Source: Candidatus Magasanikiibacteriota bacterium (GTDB taxonomy: Bacteria > Patescibacteriota > Patescibacteriia > Magasanikbacterales > GWA2-37-8). Taken from it: a DNA stretch of 64,000 bases. The notes under the pieces were generated by a model. It saw only the letters and a list, made by a program, of their open reading frames with translations. It did no database searches and was not told the DNA's origin. Shown here in pieces: positions 16,044-24,715 of the stretch. The stretch lies in assembly GCA_030650025.1 (NCBI GenBank), contig JAUSEN010000008.1:1164-65163 (forward strand), given 5' to 3'. The translations under genes were made by a program, and so were the position numbers. The number at the start of each line of letters is the position of its first letter. The first letter of the stretch is position 1.

Positions 16044-17459
16044 CTAAACCTTTTTTGCAGTACCCTTTACTGGATCAATCTCTACCAAATCTCCATTTTT
16101 AAATACTGTGGTCACGGTTTTCGTTCCAACAATGCATGGAATGTTTAATTCTCGGCTTGTAATAGCCGCATGCGAGGTGAGCCCACCGGTATCTGTTAAA
16201 ACTGCACAGGCCTTTTTCATAGCAAAAACATATTCCGGGCTAGTCATCGGCGCCACCAACACCTCACCTTCCTTAAAACTTTCTACCTTAGTTGGATCAA
16301 ATAAAATATGCACGACCCCCTTAATCATGGCGCCACTACCTTTACTCGCCACCGCCCCCCTTACTTCCGACGCTCCAACCGCAGATTTTTCTGTGCCATA
16401 CAAATTCCAATAAAAATCTACTTCCTGTGAGGATAATTCCCGGCAATCGTGGAAAAACCAAACGCCAAAACCATTGGCTCGTTTTTTTAATTCCTCGTGC
16501 AAATCTTGACCACTTATAATTTCGGCAATTTGATTATGCCACAAATTGTGTAACTCATCAAAACTATATTTATAACGACGCGCCACTTCGCTGGTCAAAA
16601 CATCAATATAATGCAAAATAATGAATATACTTTTTTTGCGTTCATCTTGCCACTCGATACCATACGTAATCGCCTTAGCTATAGCCATAATCTCTGGCGG
16701 TAAATTATATTGTGCTTGAAAACTGGCCTTGCGTTTAGCCGTTTCTGCTAATTTTGTTTTAACGTTACTTTCAAAATCAGTCGGGATTTCTTTTTTGTGT
16801 TCAGCAAACCAGGACTCAGACAAAATTTGGGTACCAGCATAGCTATTTTTTAACCAGTAAAATTGTTCAACGTGCTTTTTAAGATCGCTCGTGTTAACTA
16901 GGGCAATTTCTTCTTCCTGATAAAAAGAAATTTGCTCTGGCGCGGTTAACACTTCAAGAGCCGAACGCAATTCATCTTGGTCCGTAATAATAGGCTTTAA
17001 TTTTTCTGTCAGATACTCGGTCGAACCGTAATTTGCTAATTCGGGAATCGACCCAGCCACCCAAAATTTAAGATATAAATCATTAAAATTATTCCACAAC
17101 TTTAACAGCTCGCTATCGCTAGCAGCTGATAGTTTAAGCGAACCAATATGCTTTTCTAAGCTAGCGATCTCCCGATCATAACCCTGCCATTCTTTATATA
17201 TGCCCTCACGAGAAATCGAGGGTAACATGTACTTAACAAAAACTCGCTGCCCGGCCGCGACTACGTCTGGTGTGTTGTTAACCCAAAACGAACGACCGTC
17301 CTTAAACATCCATAAAGTCTCCGACCAATTTTCAGCAAACTTGGCACGAAAGGCTTGGTAGTGAGTCTCCACAAACGTAGAAACATACAAAAATTTGCCT
17401 GGCACTGGCCCCCAACGAAAAATATCGCCTTTGGAATCAAACGGAGTTTTATTTTGCAT
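16044..17459 (-). CDS. Protein with an unknown ~370-aa N-terminal domain and a C-terminal PEP-utilising-enzyme mobile (phosphohistidine swivel) domain
   Basis: C-terminus ...VLVAPMTSPEYVFAMKKACAVLTDTGGLTSHAAITSRELNIPCIVG carries the PEP-utilizers catalytic His motif. Overlaps the upstream HD gene by 11 nt. Confidence 0.7.
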   Translation of the reverse strand: MQNKTPFDSKGDIFRWGPVPGKFLYVSTFVETHYQAFRAKFAENWSETLWMFKDGRSFWVNNTPDVVAAGQRVFVKYMLPSISREGIYKEWQGYDREIASLEKHIGSLKLSAASDSELLKLWNNFNDLYLKFWVAGSIPELANYGSTEYLTEKLKPIITDQDELRSALEVLTAPEQISFYQEEEIALVNTSDLKKHVEQFYWLKNSYAGTQILSESWFAEHKKEIPTDFESNVKTKLAETAKRKASFQAQYNLPPEIMAIAKAITYGIEWQDERKKSIFIILHYIDVLTSEVARRYKYSFDELHNLWHNQIAEIISGQDLHEELKKRANGFGVWFFHDCRELSSQEVDFYWNLYGTEKSAVGASEVRGAVASKGSGAMIKGVVHILFDPTKVESFKEGEVLVAPMTSPEYVFAMKKACAVLTDTGGLTSHAAITSRELNIPCIVGTKTVTTVFKNGDLVEIDPVKGTAKKV

Positions 17460-18057
17460 ATGATTTATTAATTAATTCTATACTATTCCATTGTGGGTCG
17501 TGTGGTAAACCCATTTCCTGTCTGACCGCTTGCACCCGCTCGAAATATTTTCGGCAGGCCTCTAGAGTTTTTTCGTAAGCATAAGCATCATGGGTCCCTT
17601 CGTATGTAGAACAATCAAGAACATCGGCGTCTTTTACTAATTCCGCATATGGATTAGTCGAAACCACATGCTTATCGCTATGCTCATAAATCGCCTCGAC
17701 TATAATTTTGATTTCTTCTCCACTAAACTTATTAATCGACCGCAGATACTCTTCGGCAATTACAGCGCCTTTATGCGCGTGATCTTTGGCATCTCCCGAA
17801 ACATTTACGGCAATGTCATGCATCACACACACAATTGCTCCGATTTCGGGTCTTAAACCTCGCTTTTCTGCTAGCACCCGACCAAATTGGGCAACCGACG
17901 AACTGTGTTTAAGCTCAAATACTTTCCCCCAAACACGGCTCTCATCCGGAATTTTACTACAGCTTTCGAGTATCACTTCAACAACGTGGCGCTCTACCCG
18001 CTCAGCGCGCGACACGTTCTCGCCTTGAAAATGGGTGTAGGGGTTGGTGTTAGACAT
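17449..18057 (-). CDS. HD-domain protein
   Basis: H-x(n)-HD-x(n)-D pattern: ...HSSSVAQFG...VCVMHDIAVNVSG...KDADVLD. Confidence 0.55.
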   Translation of the reverse strand: MSNTNPYTHFQGENVSRAERVERHVVEVILESCSKIPDESRVWGKVFELKHSSSVAQFGRVLAEKRGLRPEIGAIVCVMHDIAVNVSGDAKDHAHKGAVIAEEYLRSINKFSGEEIKIIVEAIYEHSDKHVVSTNPYAELVKDADVLDCSTYEGTHDAYAYEKTLEACRKYFERVQAVRQEMGLPHDPQWNSIELINKSYAK

Positions 18058-18185
18058 ATTAAAAGATAAATTATTTTACACTCTAGAATAGCATTTTTTG
18101 GGTATTTCGTAAATCATCCGGCCACTCTCCGGTTGATTATAATCAAACTATTGGCTAACGCTAAGCTAAAATTTATAAAAAAAAT

Positions 18186-18206
18186 GTTGTAAGAGTCTTA
18201 CAACAT
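18186..18206 (-). terminator. Intrinsic terminator after the TrmB-like gene
   Basis: Perfect hairpin GTTGTAAGAgtTCTTACAAC followed on the minus strand by TTTTTTTTATAAATTTT. Confidence 0.6.
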
Positions 18207-18217
18207 TACCTGAAAAG

Positions 18218-19036
18218 CTACTTTTTAAAATTTCTCTGATCAGGTGGATATGGCTTATTTTTAATCTCATCTTTGGCATGCAACCACCCAAACTCAAAAA
18301 TTCGACGTTGTGACTCGGCAATCAGTGGGTCAACTACCGTAACTGCTCTATTTTCCTCTGGCAAAGCAATGCTAAAACTATTGTCAAAAATAGCCATAAA
18401 AGCGAACGAGGAAAATTCTTTAGGATCAATAAAACGCGCCTTCATGGGCGATGCTTTAGGATTTTTAATATACTTCATTTCCACATATTTTCTGGCTTCA
18501 GAAGTATCCATGAAAATAAACCGGGTCGGAATTTGTTTAGCAAATTTTTGAGGAAAATAAAAATTTTCTAAATAATCCTCAAACGGTTTAGCAAAAGCTT
18601 CGATTTTGGTCCACTCTAAAACTTCGGTTTTAGTATCTAACACAGCCGAAGCCCAATTCCGCAGTCCTTCTACTCCTTCATAATATATAACGTTAGTTTT
18701 AACAGGCTTTGGATTTTTACTAATTTCTTTAAGCTCCGGTACCAAAAATTCCAAAGCCCGCTCTTCGCGTTTTACTTGCTCCCCATGTTTACTAACGATA
18801 TCGTAAAGTTTAAATGGCGGGAAAGCCGCAAAACATCTTTTATTTTTTACAAATTCTTCATGCAAAAAACCTTTATCAATCAAGGATTTTATTAACCCAT
18901 AAGCACTCACACGCTTCTGCTTAGCTCTGCCTGCAATTTTTTGCACCGACTCAGGCCCTAATTCTAAACAAGCGACGTATACTTTAGCTTCAGCCAAAGT
19001 CAAATTAAATTTTTCCAATTCTTTAAAAATATTCAT
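18218..19036 (-). CDS. TrmB-family transcriptional regulator (N-terminal winged HTH)
   Basis: LTLAEAKVYVACLELGPESVQKIAGRAKQKRVSAYGLIKSLIDKGFL matches the TrmB HTH pattern. Confidence 0.65.
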   Translation of the reverse strand: MNIFKELEKFNLTLAEAKVYVACLELGPESVQKIAGRAKQKRVSAYGLIKSLIDKGFLHEEFVKNKRCFAAFPPFKLYDIVSKHGEQVKREERALEFLVPELKEISKNPKPVKTNVIYYEGVEGLRNWASAVLDTKTEVLEWTKIEAFAKPFEDYLENFYFPQKFAKQIPTRFIFMDTSEARKYVEMKYIKNPKASPMKARFIDPKEFSSFAFMAIFDNSFSIALPEENRAVTVVDPLIAESQRRIFEFGWLHAKDEIKNKPYPPDQRNFKK

Positions 19037-19066
19037 GAAAATGGCCGTAATTAATTCCGAACCAAA

Positions 19067-20998
19067 TTACCCACCAACATTCGCCACTGTATTCGGAGGC
19101 AAGTTCTGCGGCGGGCGGGGCGGTTTAGACGGCTCGGGCACAAACCCCAAATCTAATGGCGCTGGCACATCGACTGGCGGGGACGGAGTTGTTGATTTTT
19201 GGGCACTGACAATATCAATTGATATTGGCTTTTGAACAAGTGGCGCGGGCGCTGTCAAAGTACGCAAAGAAACGCCGGGCGCGGCCGGGTTGCCGAGTAA
19301 TACCGGAGTCCCTCCGCCTGGCGGCATACCCCCGCCCCCTCGGTTCCTTTTACGCTTACGCTTTTTTTCTTGACCAGGCCCACCTGGTACGCTGGGAGCA
19401 GAGTTAAATTGAGGTGGGCGAGAGAAACTAGCGAGCGGCTTAGGTGTTGCAACAGGGGGCTTAGGCAGAGACGAATTCAGCGATTTTTGGGTTATTGGCA
19501 AAGGCGCCGGAGCCGATCTCACCGCCACCGGCAGACTGGCTGTTGACTTATTATTAGTAGAAGCAGAATTAGAAACAGGCAGAGAGGCAAGCGCGGCGAC
19601 TTTGGGTGGAATGTCACCAAACATCGCTTCGTCTTCATCAACTTCTAAATTACCAGCTTCGTCCCCACCCGTGACTAGCATGCCGCTCCAACGCGCGATT
19701 TTATCTTCAATCTTCTCGCGCGGCAGGGCATAGCGCTCGCGCGATACTCGAATCACCTTTTCCGTACTGTCAGTCGGGGTGCCAATTGGCGGCAGGGTCA
19801 AGGCGCTAAACGGCCGCGAAGCCACGCCATCAATCATCAGTTTTAAATAAACATGGTACTTAGGCAAATTAACTAAATCTTCTTCTATAAACGTCGGCGC
19901 GAATTCTTTGGCTAAAATTTCGGCGTCACTCGAACCCACTCTAAAAGTAATCATGGTGCCAACGTTGCCAACCACCGCGGCCAACACTTCCTCTTCCAGC
20001 TGTTCCATGTACTGGTGCGCCATGGTTAAGTCCAGCCGATACTTACGCGCTTCGGACAAAATATTCGCGAAGCTTTCGTTGGCAAAATTTTGGAACTCGT
20101 CTACATACATAAAAAAATCTTTGCGCTCGGTCTCGGGGATATCCACCCGCTCCATAGCCGCCAGCTGGATCTTGGTAATCAGCATACCGCCGAGGAGCCG
20201 AGAATTATCCTCGCCGATCCGGCCTTTAGAAAGATTCATTATAAAAATTCTTTTATTATCCATTATCTCGCGAATATCGATGCGAGATTTAACTTGCGCC
20301 ACAATGTTGCGAATAACCGATGCCGACAAAAACTGACCGATTTTATTTTGGATCGGCGCCACGGCCTCGGTCCGAAACTTCTCGGCATAATTAGCGAACT
20401 CCGTGGTCCAAAAAGCTTTCACGACCGGGTCCTTGGAATTATTAACCACGCGGCGGCGATAGTCCGCGTCCGCTAGCATTCGATTAATGCCAAGTAATGT
20501 CGTCCCCGGGAAATCTAAAAGCGCGAGTATTGTGTTATTCAAAATATATTCCATACGTGCGCTCCACACATCCGGCCAGATTTTTTTAAACACGCCCATG
20601 AGGCCACTCGCCACCAAATGCTTTTGCTCGGGCCGGACAGTTTCTAAAATATTAAACCCAATCGGAAAATCAATGTCCGCCGGATTAAAATAAACCACGT
20701 CATTAATGCGGTTCGCCGGAATGTAATTAATAATTTTTTCCGCGAAGTCCCCGTGCGGGTCTACCAAGCCCACCCCATGCCCGGCGTAAATATCGTTCAA
20801 AACCATATTTTCCAAAATCGTGGTTTTGCCCATGCCGGTTTTACCCACCACATAAACATGCCGGCGGCGATCGTCGATTTTAATGCCAAACTTCCGATTT
20901 TGATTCCGAAAATTAGTTAAACCAAAAAAATTAATCTCTGGGTTAGATTTTATAGTGCCTGCTTGCGGCTCCAAGCCACCACCTTGTTCTTCACTCAT
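19067..20998 (-). CDS. VirD4/TraG/TraD-like type IV coupling-protein ATPase with a Pro-rich low-complexity C-terminal tail
   Basis: Walker A VVGKTGMGKTT; Walker B FFMYVDEFQNF; RKYRLDLTMAHQYMEQL (TraG-D_C-like motif). C-terminal ~200 aa is P/S/A-rich with KKRKRKRNRGGGG. Confidence 0.6.
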   Translation of the reverse strand: MSEEQGGGLEPQAGTIKSNPEINFFGLTNFRNQNRKFGIKIDDRRRHVYVVGKTGMGKTTILENMVLNDIYAGHGVGLVDPHGDFAEKIINYIPANRINDVVYFNPADIDFPIGFNILETVRPEQKHLVASGLMGVFKKIWPDVWSARMEYILNNTILALLDFPGTTLLGINRMLADADYRRRVVNNSKDPVVKAFWTTEFANYAEKFRTEAVAPIQNKIGQFLSASVIRNIVAQVKSRIDIREIMDNKRIFIMNLSKGRIGEDNSRLLGGMLITKIQLAAMERVDIPETERKDFFMYVDEFQNFANESFANILSEARKYRLDLTMAHQYMEQLEEEVLAAVVGNVGTMITFRVGSSDAEILAKEFAPTFIEEDLVNLPKYHVYLKLMIDGVASRPFSALTLPPIGTPTDSTEKVIRVSRERYALPREKIEDKIARWSGMLVTGGDEAGNLEVDEDEAMFGDIPPKVAALASLPVSNSASTNNKSTASLPVAVRSAPAPLPITQKSLNSSLPKPPVATPKPLASFSRPPQFNSAPSVPGGPGQEKKRKRKRNRGGGGMPPGGGTPVLLGNPAAPGVSLRTLTAPAPLVQKPISIDIVSAQKSTTPSPPVDVPAPLDLGFVPEPSKPPRPPQNLPPNTVANVGG

Positions 20999-21089
20999 AT
21001 AAATACCTTAAAATAGCGTTAGGACTTAACACTTTTATTATACGCTAAAACTAACCCTCCGACAACAACGAACATATGTAACAATTTGC

Positions 21090-21193
21090 TGTCATTTCGA
21101 CCCCGCCTCTGGCGGGGAGAAATCTCTATCACAATTGTGAAATGGACAGAGATTCCTCGTCGGTCGCCATAGGCGACCTCGCTCGGAATGACA
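21090..21193. mobile_element. About 104-bp MITE-like element with TGTCATT...AATGACA termini and two internal GC hairpins
   Basis: tgtcatttcgaCCCCGCCtctgGCGGGGagaaatctct...gagattcctcgtcGGTCGCCataGGCGACCtcgctcggaatgaca. Intergenic, between the coupling-ATPase and AMMECR1 genes. Confidence 0.55.
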
Positions 21194-21197
21194 GCGC

Positions 21198-21773
21198 CTA
21201 ATCTTCAGAGAATACTTCTACCTGGTAAGTATAAACCGTGAGCCCTGGTTTTTTCCACTCCTCCGGTTCCAAACCTGCCTTCATACAAAGCGCCGTCAAA
21301 AAATTGCTTTTCTCGAGCATTTCATCCCAGACTTGGGGCAGAAACGTCGCGTTCTTCTCCCCTCTTTCCACCACCACGCCGTCCACCCCCACTCGGAGTT
21401 TATTAAACAAATCTTCCGGGGAATCAAACTCCAAAACTTTCGGATCGGTCAAAACCGAAATTTCAATATTGACATCTGGCAGTTCCTCTTTAGTAACCGG
21501 AAAAAATCGCGAATCCTCAAACGCCGCCGCGTAAGCATTTTCTAAAATATCCAAATACAGCGGACGCCGCGCCTCTAAACTGCCCATACACCCTCTTAAT
21601 TCCACTAAATCTTTTTTAAGCGTCACAAAACACGCCCGCTTGATTTTTACGCTCTCCCCGCTCGCCTCGATCTCGCTCTCTTTAAGTTTCAATTTTTTTC
21701 CAGTTTCTAAAAAATGCGCAATACTCTCGCGCGCTAATTTTAAAAGCCAGGTTTGTTCTTCCCGAGTAAACAT
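21198..21773 (-). CDS. AMMECR1-domain protein
   Basis: ...RACFVTLKKDLVELRGCMGS... is the AMMECR1 signature. Confidence 0.8.
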   Translation of the reverse strand: MFTREEQTWLLKLARESIAHFLETGKKLKLKESEIEASGESVKIKRACFVTLKKDLVELRGCMGSLEARRPLYLDILENAYAAAFEDSRFFPVTKEELPDVNIEISVLTDPKVLEFDSPEDLFNKLRVGVDGVVVERGEKNATFLPQVWDEMLEKSNFLTALCMKAGLEPEEWKKPGLTVYTYQVEVFSED

Positions 21774-21807
21774 TTTTCTGTAAATCTATACCAAAATAAA
21801 ACTTTTT

Positions 21808-22518
21808 TTAAATATTAAAATATTCTTTCCACCGCAAATACAACTCGCCGGTAGATTTTAAATCACCCACGTTATATTTCGCGATCTCGAGGCACTTACC
21901 GGCTTTAAATAGCCCGGCTACATCTTCGCCAGTCACGCCGCCGGCTTTGGGGCTCTCTATTCCAAGCGCGCGGCACCACAAATGCAGACTGCCCTTCTTC
22001 CTAACTGTTCCGTAAAAACTTAGCTGATCCATTAAATCATAATGCTTCGCGTCCTGGGGCATATAATTTAAATACCGATTCGAGAGCAAATTTTTTGACG
22101 GCTTTATTTTATGCACAGCCGAACGCACCATCATATAGGGAACATCGAAACCACGGCCATTATAAGTTACAAAGTCATTATATTTTTTGGCGAGTAACCA
22201 AAACTGTTCCAGCATTTCTGGTTCCGTATGCTGTTTAAATATTATTCCATCTTCCTCAAATTCCTTATTATTTTGCCCAGGAGCATTATAGTACACGGCG
22301 CCTTTTAATCTCTCTAAATCCCAAACACCGAGCGCGACAATTTCGCCGGTGAGAGGGCTAAACCCGAGTCCGGTTTTTACGTCCTCCATCGCTTTCTCAT
22401 ACTCACCCTCATCATAACTCTCGCGCTTCAGCCACTTAGTCATGAGCGTTTGCGTAGTTTCGTCCATCGCTCCCCACTCCTCCCCCACAGTCTCGACGTC
22501 AAATATTAATGTTGGCAT
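21808..22518 (-). CDS. Predicted 3'-5' exonuclease of the RNase H-like / PolB-exonuclease-like (DEDDy) family
   Basis: IFDVETVG (Exo I D,E); TYNGRGFDVPYM (Exo II D); HYDLMDQL (Exo III Y..D). Confidence 0.6.
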   Translation of the reverse strand: MPTLIFDVETVGEEWGAMDETTQTLMTKWLKRESYDEGEYEKAMEDVKTGLGFSPLTGEIVALGVWDLERLKGAVYYNAPGQNNKEFEEDGIIFKQHTEPEMLEQFWLLAKKYNDFVTYNGRGFDVPYMMVRSAVHKIKPSKNLLSNRYLNYMPQDAKHYDLMDQLSFYGTVRKKGSLHLWCRALGIESPKAGGVTGEDVAGLFKAGKCLEIAKYNVGDLKSTGELYLRWKEYFNI

Positions 22519-22581
22519 ATAAGTAAAATCTCACTAATAATATCTTAAAGGCTGCCGACTATTCGTAAAATCCTAGATGTA

Positions 22582-23004
22582 CTAAATTCCATCGGTAAAC
22601 ATCATGGCAACTTCCGGCACATCAATCGCCTCTTTAGGGGCCTTAATAATCGAATGCATACTGCCGCCGCCGTCCCCTTCCCAGCGCGGAATAATGTGCC
22701 AATGGACGTGCGGCACCGCTTGCCCGGCGGCCGCGCGCTCGTTAATGCCAGCGTTGAGGCCCTCCGGAGCCAACACCTGTTCGATCCGGTTACGGGCGGC
22801 ATTAAGCCCGCGCATAAAATCCCGCCATTCACTGTCACTCATATCTTTTAAAGATTCGTAGTGTTGTTTGGGGATCACTACCGTATGACCTTTGGCGCAG
22901 GGGTGAATATCCAGAAACGCCAATACATCGCTATCTTCATATACTTTATAAAACGAAACCTCTTTACGAAGTATTTTACAAAACAAACACGAATCTTTTA
23001 GCAT
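22582..23004 (-). CDS. HIT-family (histidine triad) hydrolase
   Basis: CLFCKI... N-terminus; HVHWHIIPR histidine triad. Confidence 0.85.
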   Translation of the reverse strand: MLKDSCLFCKILRKEVSFYKVYEDSDVLAFLDIHPCAKGHTVVIPKQHYESLKDMSDSEWRDFMRGLNAARNRIEQVLAPEGLNAGINERAAAGQAVPHVHWHIIPRWEGDGGGSMHSIIKAPKEAIDVPEVAMMFTDGI

Positions 23005-23025
23005 AGATTTTTGTTAGTTTAACAA

Positions 23026-24714
23026 TTATTTATAAAACCAGCAAATGCCCTGCGGCGTTGGTAATTGTACCGCAGTATTGTTCTTAATTACAAGTTCGCG
23101 CGAATATTTCTCAAACAACGCCACGCGCTCACTCTGGCCAAAATTAGCATCAATCGGAAAGCCTCCCCCGATAATTTCTTTTCCGGAAATTGCTTCGAGC
23201 GCGAGAAGCGGATAAGTGTCGGCGATGACACAATGTTTATCTTGATCTTTCTCTTGCGACCACACGTACTCCATAGCGCGGTATTCGTCCACGCTGACGG
23301 CGCGCGCATCCGGGCCCAAGGAATACGAGGCGGTGATGGCGATGGACGCAATGATAACGAGGGGAGTAGTAATAAGTAGTGAGTAGTGAGTAGTGAGTAG
23401 TAACGATTTTTTGGTGATATGAGAAAAAAGCTCTTGGAGAGCCAGAGCGAATAACAAAACTGAAAAAAGCGCGAGCGTAGCGTCCAACCGGCGCGACAAC
23501 ACCTGTTCGCCCGTCAAAAAATAACGGGAAATGAAGTAAGAAATAAATAGGCCCAGAGTAAAAATTGCGAGCCACAAGTTCTCTCGCTTGCGCCAGCTAA
23601 TTACCACCCCACTCGCTACCCCGCCCCAAAACACCAGCGCGAACACGGGCAACCACCAACGCCACGTTGTAAACAGATTGGAAACAAACGCGTAACTTGG
23701 CACTTGATTAAATAAAATATTACCGGTCGCGATGTCGTGCGGCCGCGGACCGGCGGCAACGTACCAGCCGAGCAGATTCCCAATAAATTGTTTAATGGCG
23801 GAGAATGCGGCCACGGGAACAAAATGACTGTATCCGGCCGCGATTTCTAGCGCCGGAATAATCAGCGCCACCGGAATAATCAGCCAGGCCAGACTTTGGA
23901 CTTTGGACTTTGGATTTTGGACTGCCAACACTCCCCACGCGAGCAGAAACAAAACTAAAAATAATAAATAATTAACGGCCAGTACCGCCGTATAGATAAA
24001 CAAAATTTTACGCGTCGCCCAGACAGCGCCGCGCGCTCGCGCCGCGAGAATGACCAGCCCGCCGAGGAAAAACAAAAATCCAAAATTTACCGGCAAGCTA
24101 AACGCGCCGGCGGCTTGCAGAGCAAACGGCAAATTGCTGAACCAAATGGTAAACAGCCGCGCCCGGGACGAAAATCCCAGATATTCCGTCAATTTCCAAA
24201 GCAAAAACGGAAACGCGATAGAAAACAAAACCGGCTGAAACCATTTGGTAACCGCGATTAAACTTATTCCGAGGAGCTTGCTAATTCCAGCGCTCACCAG
24301 CCAAAATAATCCATAAGACAAATCCCCCGCCCCAAACCCGGTTTGCGTGCCATCGGCAAGCGTCGGGTGCGTTGGCCAATGGCCTTGGAGTATTTGCGCC
24401 TCGCTCGCCATGTGCCGCCAACCATCGGCTCCGTAGATTAGTTGGTGTGACAGAGGCAGAAGACTGTGTACTACTAACGCGTATAAACATAACACAACCA
24501 ATTTTACGGGGAGCGACCAACGCGTAAATAAAACCACTAGTCCTATGACTAGAGTATAAATATAAAAAATATTGATATAATACGAGGGCACTACTTGCCA
24601 AGGGGTATTAATTGCCGCTATATTTTGGTGAGAGAACACTACCCACATTAATATGCCCGACCAAACCAAAATACCGAACAAGCCGCACCATTCTAAATAA
24701 TTTTTTTTTATCAT
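23026..24714 (-). CDS. Polytopic membrane protein of unknown function, containing two short in-frame tandem DNA repeats
   Basis: >10 predicted TM helices. Contains (AGTAGTG)x3 at 23385-23405 and (CTTTGGACT)x~4 at 23883-23916. Confidence 0.5.
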   Translation of the reverse strand: MIKKNYLEWCGLFGILVWSGILMWVVFSHQNIAAINTPWQVVPSYYINIFYIYTLVIGLVVLFTRWSLPVKLVVLCLYALVVHSLLPLSHQLIYGADGWRHMASEAQILQGHWPTHPTLADGTQTGFGAGDLSYGLFWLVSAGISKLLGISLIAVTKWFQPVLFSIAFPFLLWKLTEYLGFSSRARLFTIWFSNLPFALQAAGAFSLPVNFGFLFFLGGLVILAARARGAVWATRKILFIYTAVLAVNYLLFLVLFLLAWGVLAVQNPKSKVQSLAWLIIPVALIIPALEIAAGYSHFVPVAAFSAIKQFIGNLLGWYVAAGPRPHDIATGNILFNQVPSYAFVSNLFTTWRWWLPVFALVFWGGVASGVVISWRKRENLWLAIFTLGLFISYFISRYFLTGEQVLSRRLDATLALFSVLLFALALQELFSHITKKSLLLTTHYSLLITTPLVIIASIAITASYSLGPDARAVSVDEYRAMEYVWSQEKDQDKHCVIADTYPLLALEAISGKEIIGGGFPIDANFGQSERVALFEKYSRELVIKNNTAVQLPTPQGICWFYK

Positions 24715-24715
24715 A

